Origin: Acidobacteriota bacterium | Lineage (GTDB): Bacteria; Acidobacteriota; Blastocatellia; RBC074 | Length of the DNA stretch: 64,000 nucleotides | Assembly: GCA_016196035.1 (NCBI GenBank) | Contig: JACPYM010000070.1 | Coordinates: forward strand, 3,334 to 67,333 | Direction: 5' to 3' | In this document: positions 57,535 through 64,000 of the stretch, one piece after another | Layout: each line of letters begins with the position of its first letter | How positions within the stretch are numbered: the stretch's first letter is position 1 | Translations under genes and position numbers: made by a program | The notes under the pieces: model-generated | Told to the model about the DNA's origin: nothing | Databases searched by the model: none | What the model saw: the letters and a program-made list of their open reading frames with translations, nothing else

Positions 57535-59139
57535 TCAACCGCGCACCAGGTAATTGCGCATCATCCCCGCGTCCTCGTGTTCCAGGTTGTGGCAGTGATA
57601 AACGTACTTGCCGGTGAAATCCTCGAAGCGCATTAACAGCCTGATGCGCTCGCCCGGCATCAGCATCACAGTGTCTTTCCAGCCTTCGTCCACATATCCG
57701 TACCGCACGGTTTCATAACCTGCGATACCGCCCTGCCGTTCGAGCACCTGAAATTGCAGTCCGTGAATGTGTAGCGGATGAACCATGCTCATCCCCATCA
57801 TCCCGCCAGTCGGGCCGCCGGTAGAATTGTTGACCAGTTCCCACACCTCGGTGGTATTGAGTTGGACGACTTCATTAGCGGCGACTTCGTCTTGATTGTA
57901 AGGACGCCCGTTGAGCAGCCAGCGCATACCGCCGCTCATCATCCCGAACGTGACGGCAAAACTGCGCGGCGCAGCACGATTGACCGCGTCTTCCAGACGA
58001 TAGCGGTTGATCGTCGAGAGCCGCGCGGGCAATACACCGGATTCGCGCGCGCCGCCTGTCACACGCACCTTCAGCACCGTGAACGCCGCGCCGTTCGGCA
58101 AGGCCTGCGCGCCGCCCATTCCCGCGTTCACGCCGCTGAACGGCAGACTGCGCAACTGCAATTCTTCGTTTACTTCGCGCGAACTGAAATCAGCCCACAA
58201 TTCCACGCGTTCGCCCGGCACCAGCATCACGTACTCGCGCTCGACCGGGCGTTCGAGCAAACCGCCATCCGTGCCGATCACTTGCAACGGCGCGCCATCG
58301 CTCCAGGCCAATTTATAGACGCGTGAATTCGAGCCGTTGAGTAAGCGCAACCGGTACGCACGCCGCGTCACTGCCAACATGAAATCGGGCCGCCCGTTGA
58401 CCAAGATGCGGTCGCCCAGGAAGCCTTCCATGCCCGTGTTCACCGAGTAAACAAATTGATTGTCCGCGTCAATCAGCCGGTCTTGCAGCACCAGCGGCAC
58501 CTCTGCGCTGCCCGCAGGCAACCCGACGGCGGCCTCTTCTTCGTCAGTAACAATGAACAGCCCGGCCAGCCCGTGATAAACCTGCCGCGCCGTGCGCCCA
58601 TCGGGATGCGGGTGAAACCAATAGGTGCCCGCGCGATTCAGCACGTCGAACTCGTAGACATAACTTTGCCCCGGTGCAACCAACAAGCTTGGGTGCGCGT
58701 CCGCCTCTGGCGGCACGTGCAAGCCGTGCCAGTGCATTACCGTCGCTTCGGGCAATAGGTTGGTGAAATGGATGCGCACGCGCTGGCCGCGCCGCAGACG
58801 AATGATCGGGCCGAGATAGCTATATGGCGCGCTGCCCCGGCGCGGTGGCGCTTGACTCAACAGATTGGGGTAACGGACGGGATAGCCACGCGCCGGCGCT
58901 TGCAACGGTTGCAAGCTGAGCGGGTCGCCCGCTAAAACTTCGCCTTGGTACCCCCAAACGCGTGTCGCCGGGCCGGGCCAGAGCGGCACTTCCAACAGTG
59001 TCGCCCGCAACATCAGTTCCACATCCACGGCTGAGGCTGTAACCGGCGCAGTGGCCGCCTTGCTCAGCACTCCTACCGCGCCGTACCCGGCCACTTGCAA
59101 AAAACTGCGTCTGGGCAGATTTCCCCATTTGTTCAGCAT
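57535..59139 (-). CDS. Multicopper oxidase (CueO/CopA-like) with a Tat signal peptide
   Basis: Tat signal RRSFLQVAGYGAVGV. Copper-site motifs are HWHGLHV, HPHPDG, HPLHIHG and HCHNLEHEDAGMM. Confidence 0.9.
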   Translation of the reverse strand: MLNKWGNLPRRSFLQVAGYGAVGVLSKAATAPVTASAVDVELMLRATLLEVPLWPGPATRVWGYQGEVLAGDPLSLQPLQAPARGYPVRYPNLLSQAPPRRGSAPYSYLGPIIRLRRGQRVRIHFTNLLPEATVMHWHGLHVPPEADAHPSLLVAPGQSYVYEFDVLNRAGTYWFHPHPDGRTARQVYHGLAGLFIVTDEEEAAVGLPAGSAEVPLVLQDRLIDADNQFVYSVNTGMEGFLGDRILVNGRPDFMLAVTRRAYRLRLLNGSNSRVYKLAWSDGAPLQVIGTDGGLLERPVEREYVMLVPGERVELWADFSSREVNEELQLRSLPFSGVNAGMGGAQALPNGAAFTVLKVRVTGGARESGVLPARLSTINRYRLEDAVNRAAPRSFAVTFGMMSGGMRWLLNGRPYNQDEVAANEVVQLNTTEVWELVNNSTGGPTGGMMGMSMVHPLHIHGLQFQVLERQGGIAGYETVRYGYVDEGWKDTVMLMPGERIRLLMRFEDFTGKYVYHCHNLEHEDAGMMRNYLVRG

Positions 59140-59182
59140 AACGGTCTCCTCGGCAATTGCACCGCAAGACCTGTTCCTCGTT

Positions 59183-60400
59183 TCAATCAGGCAGCGACAT
59201 TGTTGCGGTCAACACCTGCGCGCCCGTCCAAGCGAACACCAGCGTCTGGCCCGTGCGCGCCATTTGCGGGAAGCCGTTTGAACGCGCCGCGCCCGCAGTC
59301 GAAACGGTGACTGCTTCGCCACGTTTGCCAGCAATATCTGCGGGCCAGACGCGCCGCACGCGCACCGCGCCGCCCTCTGGTAATTTTTCCAGCCAGCACA
59401 CCAACGCGCTGCCGTCAGCCAGCAACAACGTTTCGACACGGCCCGCCGGATTACCATCGTCAATCGTGAGCGGCGCGCCAAAACTCGCACCGGCGTCGTT
59501 GCTGAACGCCAGCTTCACGCGTGGTTGATTGTTGACGGCGGTGAACCAGGCCACTGCCACGCGCCGCCCCGCCGCCGCGACCGCAGGGCCGTTGACCGGA
59601 CAGCCGTTGATTTGCCAGTTGTCAGCGCCGACCGTGCGCGGCTGGCTCCACTGGCCGTTTACCAGCCGCACAATCGAAATGTCGCGCGTTTCATTGTCTG
59701 AGCGATCCCGATAAACGACCACCGGCCCAGCTTCGGTCATCGCCGCCGAAGTCTGGCAGCATTCACACACGCGCGCGTCCAGCACGGCTTCATCGGTCAG
59801 CGTGCCGTCGCGTTTGATCTTCACGTAGCGCAACGTCATGTCGCCGCCTCCGTGATCATGCTCACTTGCGCCCGGTTTCATCTCGCGCCCATCCAGCCAG
59901 ACCGCCGCCAAATTGCCATCGCGCGCGGCAAAGAGCGAAACAAAGCCATGCTCCGCCAGCTTGCCATCGCGGTGCGGCACAAACGGCTTGCCCCAGGTCT
60001 GGCCGCCATCGAATGAACGCGCGATGGTCACTGCGTAATCGAAAGTGCCCGGCCCATTCTTGACCAGCCAATGCGCCGCCAGCGTTCCATCCGGCAACAC
60101 GATCAACGACGGGAAGTCGGCCCAGTTGACGAACCAGTTCGCGCCCTCGGCAATCACGCGCGGCGCTGACCAGGCATCTTTTTCGCGCACGGCAAAGCGC
60201 AATGAAAAGCGCCCGCCGCCCAGCTTTTCGATCCAGCTCAAATACACGCGACCATCACGCGCGACCGCCAGATTGGGCTGTCCGCTGCCCGGCCCGGCAG
60301 GCGCAGGCAATTCGCGCACTTGGGCGAAACTGGCCGTGGTGGCGAATACCAATAAAAACAGGCTGGCAAACAGTTTGAACAAACCGGTGCGCTTCATCAT
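59183..60400 (-). CDS. BNR/Asp-box repeat (sialidase-like beta-propeller) secreted protein, paralog A
   Basis: Asp-box SFDGGQTWG, a conserved CECCQ motif, and signal peptide [27 protein letters not shown] prefer ATG at 60400 over the track start at 60445. Confidence 0.6.
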   Translation of the reverse strand: MMKRTGLFKLFASLFLLVFATTASFAQVRELPAPAGPGSGQPNLAVARDGRVYLSWIEKLGGGRFSLRFAVREKDAWSAPRVIAEGANWFVNWADFPSLIVLPDGTLAAHWLVKNGPGTFDYAVTIARSFDGGQTWGKPFVPHRDGKLAEHGFVSLFAARDGNLAAVWLDGREMKPGASEHDHGGGDMTLRYVKIKRDGTLTDEAVLDARVCECCQTSAAMTEAGPVVVYRDRSDNETRDISIVRLVNGQWSQPRTVGADNWQINGCPVNGPAVAAAGRRVAVAWFTAVNNQPRVKLAFSNDAGASFGAPLTIDDGNPAGRVETLLLADGSALVCWLEKLPEGGAVRVRRVWPADIAGKRGEAVTVSTAGAARSNGFPQMARTGQTLVFAWTGAQVLTATMSLPD

Positions 60401-60431
60401 CGCTCCTCTTAAACAATCGAAACTGGTGTAA

Positions 60432-60556
60432 CCCTGGGTACGCACCGCTTCCAGCGTGCAGGCTGGGCGTCAGACGCGATAATGCCGGAGGCAGTTCCTG
60501 TCAGCATTCGTCTGTCTCATGCCCAGCCTGCACGCTGGAAGCGGTGCGTACCCAGG
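60432..60556. repeat. Hairpin with perfect 36-bp arms (cctgggtacgcaccgcttccagcgtgcaggctgggc ... gcccagcctgcacgctggaagcggtgcgtacccagg) and a ~52-nt loop
   Basis: Read directly. It fills the gap between the two paralogous BNR genes. Confidence 0.85.
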
Positions 60557-60558
60557 AT

Positions 60559-61716
60559 TCAATAGATGATTTGAAATTCGCCATTGGGCAAGGCCACCGC
60601 CGTCGCCAAGCCCCACACTGGTACGCCCTCGGCGCTACCTCTTTCAGCCGCCGGATTGCCTGCGCGGTCGTAAAGCTGCCAGGCCAGCGAGCCGCCGCGC
60701 TTCCAGCCCGTGCCTTCCGTCCAGACCAACAAGGTTTCGCCGCGCGCGTTGACCGTGATGGCGGGATGTTTGCGCTTGCCGGTCGTAGCAGGCGCAGCAA
60801 CGCTGGTTGGACGTTGCGCGAGTTTGGCGTCTAACGCGGCGAATTGCACCTGCCCGTTGTTTTCCCAAGCGGCGAGGGGTTGCGCAGCGTTGGTCATGGT
60901 CACGCTGCTCATCGGACACGTCGTCAGCGTCCAATCATCCAGGCGTTGGCCGCGAAAGCGTTGGCCGCGATCTTGCGAAACCAGCATGTACATACCGCGT
61001 TCGGTCATTTTCGTGGCCGTGCGATAGAGCAGATAGACCGCGCCCGCTTGATCCGCAAAGGCGCGCATACCGCAACACGCGCAAGCGCCGGTCTGGTCCG
61101 GGTCTACGGCTGTCTCGCGCGCAAAGCTCTGGCCGTCATCGGTCGAACGCGCCAGCCAGACGCGCCGGTATTCTTCGCCTTTTTGTGCGCCCGCGCCGTG
61201 CCACGCGACATAGACATTGCCCGCGCCATCCGCCGCGATGGTGCCGCCGCCATCCAGCGCGTGACTCTGTTGCATCAGATTGCGCTGCGGTTCAAAGGCC
61301 GTGCCCGCGTCGTTCAGCCGCGCGTAAAGCAACGGCGCTTCAAACGTGCCCTGGCTGGCGGTTTTTTGCGAACCGTTCCAGACGACATGCACGCGCCCGC
61401 GTTTGCCCAGCGCGAGTTGCGCGCCGCGAATCGTGCCTGTGGCAACGGCGCTGCCCGGCTGGCTGTTGACGCGCAGGGGCGCGCTGAATTCGGTCTGGCC
61501 CACCGCGCGTTTGACATACAGCACGTCGCTCGCGCCAGGCTCGCCCGTCAGGTAAATCAGATGCAGCGTGCCGCGCTCATCCGGCAGCGCCTGCGGTTGC
61601 ACGCCGCTGCCGGGGGCGTGCAACAACGTGACGCGGTTGGCGGATTGTGCGGCGAGCGCGCCACTGAGCAAAACCGCCGCAACCAGGGTGAGACAAATCG
61701 AGCGAATTGGTTTCAT
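60559..61716 (-). CDS. BNR/Asp-box repeat (sialidase-like beta-propeller) secreted protein, paralog B
   Basis: Asp-box STDDGQSF, ACACCG motif, and signal peptide MKPIRSICLTLVAAVLLSGALAA. Confidence 0.6.
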   Translation of the reverse strand: MKPIRSICLTLVAAVLLSGALAAQSANRVTLLHAPGSGVQPQALPDERGTLHLIYLTGEPGASDVLYVKRAVGQTEFSAPLRVNSQPGSAVATGTIRGAQLALGKRGRVHVVWNGSQKTASQGTFEAPLLYARLNDAGTAFEPQRNLMQQSHALDGGGTIAADGAGNVYVAWHGAGAQKGEEYRRVWLARSTDDGQSFARETAVDPDQTGACACCGMRAFADQAGAVYLLYRTATKMTERGMYMLVSQDRGQRFRGQRLDDWTLTTCPMSSVTMTNAAQPLAAWENNGQVQFAALDAKLAQRPTSVAAPATTGKRKHPAITVNARGETLLVWTEGTGWKRGGSLAWQLYDRAGNPAAERGSAEGVPVWGLATAVALPNGEFQIIY

Positions 61717-61877
61717 AGCTTCCTTTCAATCTTTCAACCTCTCAATCTTTCAACCGGGGAAATTTCAACGCCAGCTTGCGCAGCCGCCGCGCATTCGTAA
61801 TCACCGACACCGAGCTAAACGTCATCGCCGCGCTGGCAATCAGCGGGCTGAGCAGCAAGCCAAAGAGATGCCGCGCC

Positions 61878-61929
61878 GCGAAAACAAAGCGCCGGTGAAC
61901 GCCGCAAATCGCAAACGGCGTTCACCGGC
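61878..61929 (-). terminator. Rho-independent terminator of the TonB-dependent receptor gene
   Basis: 14-bp stem (gccggtgaacgccg / cggcgttcaccggc) followed on the minus strand by a UUUGUUUUC tract, 20 nt after the receptor stop. Confidence 0.6.
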
Positions 61930-61948
61930 AGCAACATTCAAAGACGAC

Positions 61949-64000
61949 TTAGAACGTAAACCGCAACATGAATTGAATCCAGCGCGGCGTGTTCCATTGC
62001 GTCGTGACTTTGCCGAAGTTCGAACTGGTGATGTCGTTGTTCGGCACATCCCACAACACGTGATTGAACGCGTTGAGCAGATCCAGGCGGAACTCAAGCT
62101 GTTTCTTTTCCGCCACGGTGAAGCGGCGGACCAGATTCATATCAATGTTGTTCTTGCCATCGCTGCGCAACCAGTTCAGCCGCGTGGGGAAGACGCGCGT
62201 GTGAAACGAGTTCGGCTGGAAGTTGGTCGGGATCACGTTTTCATAGGTGCAAGCCACGTTATTTCCTGAACCGCAAATGTTGCCCATCTGCGTCAGCACG
62301 GCTTGCGGCACCAGCCCGCGAATGCGCGTTTCGTAGGCCGCCCGGTTTGCCGCGCTGTAATCACGCGTCGCGCCGGGGAAGAGCTGCCAGTTAAACCAGG
62401 CGTCCACGGTCTGGTCTTTGGTGTCTTTGGCTGCCGCGCGCAGGTCGTTGCCATAATAAAACCAATTGCCCAGATCGTAAGCGCGCCCGCTCATCTTGTT
62501 GTAAATGCCGCCGACCTGCCAGCCGCCCCACCAGCGCGCCCAGCCATTTGTTACCAGACAGCAATTTCTTGCCTTTGCCGAACGGCAGTTCATAGATGAA
62601 GTTGACGTTCAGGTTGTGCGGCGCCGAGTTATTGGTCGGTCGCCAGCGCAACTCTTCGTCAAATTCATTCTCGCGCACCACGCGTTCGATATTCGATGAC
62701 CAGAGGTACGACGCCTGGAACAAATAGCCGTTGGAGAACCGCTTGGTCAGCGTGGCTTCGAGATGGTTGTAAACCTGCTCGCCGCCGGGGTCGCGCCCGT
62801 TCACCAGATTCGCGCCGTTCGGATAGGGCCGCAACAGCGTGGCTTTGCCGATGGTGGTGTTGGTGAAAAAGCTGTTGGTGAGCATGTCGGCATAAATCAC
62901 CGGCAGCGAGGTGCGCAACGCGGCAAAGTTGTTAATGTTGAACGGATTGGTCAGCGTCGAATTCAGATCGTTGGCCAGCGCGTTGTTGCGAATCAGCCCC
63001 GTCGCCCAATACTTGCCCGGCAGCGCGTCAATGCGTTTGCTGACCTGGATGTGATCGGTGCGCGAACCGAGCATGGCGATTTCGGCCACCATCGAATGCC
63101 CGATTTGACGCTGCACGCCGAGGCGGAAGCGCTGTTGCCGCGCGCGCTCCCAGTTGTAATCCAGGTAAGTATTGAGGCCGCGTCCGGTGAGCGCCATCAC
63201 GCCCAAGGCATTGCCCAGCGGCACATCGAAGCGCGTCCCATCGGCGCGCACCGGAAACGGATCGGCCAACAACGTTGTGCAAGCCGTCAGGCTGGCACGA
63301 CAAGCCGCCGCAGTCAGGTTGGTGCCAAGAAAGGTCAGGCCGTTGTCGTTGGTGATCGTCGTACTGGTGCCGCGGCTGTAACCGGTCTGGTTCAAACCGT
63401 CATTCAGCACGTTGTTCGTGTCGAAGAACATGCCCCAGCCGCCGCGCAACACGGTCTTGTCGTTGAGTTGATAGGCGAACCCGAAACGCGGCATCCAACC
63501 CGGCTGCGCTTTGTTGACCGTGTCGGGCGCGCCGTCTTTGCCCAGGAAGGTCGTGCCGCCTTTGACGATAAAATCGCTGGCCGGACGCAACGCCAAGAGG
63601 GAAGCGGGCAAGGTGGCGTAAGCCGCCTGCGCGCCCGCCGCAATCGGCAATTGTGCGTTGAGGTCAAAGCCGGTCAAACCGCGATTGAAACGTTCGCGGA
63701 AACCGCCTTCGAGTTCATAGCGCAAGCCCAGGTTGACTGTCAGCTTGCGGCTCAGCTTCCAATCGTCCTGCACATAGCCGGAGTAAAACTTGTTCCAGAG
63801 ATACAAGTCGTCGTTCGTGCTGATCGAAGCGTTGGTCGGCACGCCTAACATGAACGCCGCCCATTCCAACCCGATGGTGCCGGCGTTGGTCGTGTTCTGC
63901 GCCTGCCGCACATAGTTGTTGAAGAATTGGAAATTGCCCGAACTGTTGCCAGGGCCGTTCGACGCGCGCCAGTTTTCGCGCAAGTCCACGCCGAAACGCA
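61949..64000 (-). pseudogene. TonB-dependent receptor (Acidobacteria type) with a frameshift in a G4/C4 run near 62520. The N-terminus runs off the window end.
   Basis: Track ORFs 62391..63989 and 61949..62593 overlap in different frames. The protein reads continuously (...LLSGNKWLGALVGGWQVGGIYNKMSGRAY...) only if one G is removed from gtggggcgg (plus-strand gcccc at ~62519-62523). It has a typical beta-barrel C-terminus ending in F. Confidence 0.6.

Noticed and set aside
60844-61800. 318-aa plus-strand ORF, plus the 361-aa ORF at 62763..63848
   Set aside because: These are antisense to the BNR-repeat gene and the TonB-dependent receptor respectively. Both translations are Arg/Ala-rich shadow ORFs.

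Overview
The window is a high-GC (~60%) bacterial chromosomal segment. The gene content points to Acidobacteriota by inference: CarboxypepD_reg-type TonB-dependent receptors, a DUF1501/DUF1549 pair, a DUF1080 protein, and many perfect intergenic palindromes. I found no rRNA or tRNA genes and no CRISPR array.

Layout:
- 1-6200: a partial VOC/glyoxalase gene, a small hypothetical protein, a secreted DUF1080 protein and a TonB-dependent receptor with a clean terminator.
- 6200-14300: a TPR protein, a secreted hypothetical protein, an operon of a membrane-anchored 886-aa tandem-repeat coiled-coil protein plus an OmpA/BON protein, and a nucleotidyltransferase-family gene.
- 14303-49486: a ~35-kb surface-polysaccharide cluster read entirely on the minus strand. 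It contains a WecA/MraY-family initiating transferase with a GAF-like C-terminal extension, about 15 GT2/GT4/CgeB-type glycosyltransferases, three FkbM, one TylF-like and one class-I methyltransferase, a carbamoyltransferase, an AsnB-type amidotransferase, a DegT aminotransferase, a NeuD/PglD acetyltransferase plus a decayed second copy, two SDR epimerase/dehydratases, an acyltransferase-3, a Wzy/WaaL-like membrane protein, and a Wzm/Wzt ABC exporter. wzm and wzt are separated by a toxin-antitoxin-like pair and an epimerase gene.
- 49487-50627: a 1.1-kb AT-rich leader region.
- 50628-64000: an RlmI-like methyltransferase, a DUF1501/DUF1549 pair split by a second DUF4258 module, a multicopper-oxidase locus, two paralogous BNR/sialidase-like genes, and a frameshifted TonB-dependent receptor that runs off the window end.

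The unexplained structure is mostly non-coding:
- Three small repeat families occur twice each. One is a ~200-bp palindromic MITE-like element present as inverted copies 16 kb apart. One is a ~120-bp long-hairpin element, once flanked by inverted heptamer arrays. One is an ~80-bp terminal-inverted-repeat (TIR) element bracketing the core of the polysaccharide cluster.
- There are at least five very long, near-perfect intergenic hairpins or palindromes with 23-36-bp arms.
- Three paralogous DUF4258-centred two-gene modules, partnered with a YgiT-type zinc ribbon or DUF2283, sit inside or beside conserved operons.

These three DUF4258-centred modules are the best candidate for the 'previously undescribed system' in this window; the coiled-coil/OmpA operon is a second candidate. 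Both rest on family-level recognition and inference only.
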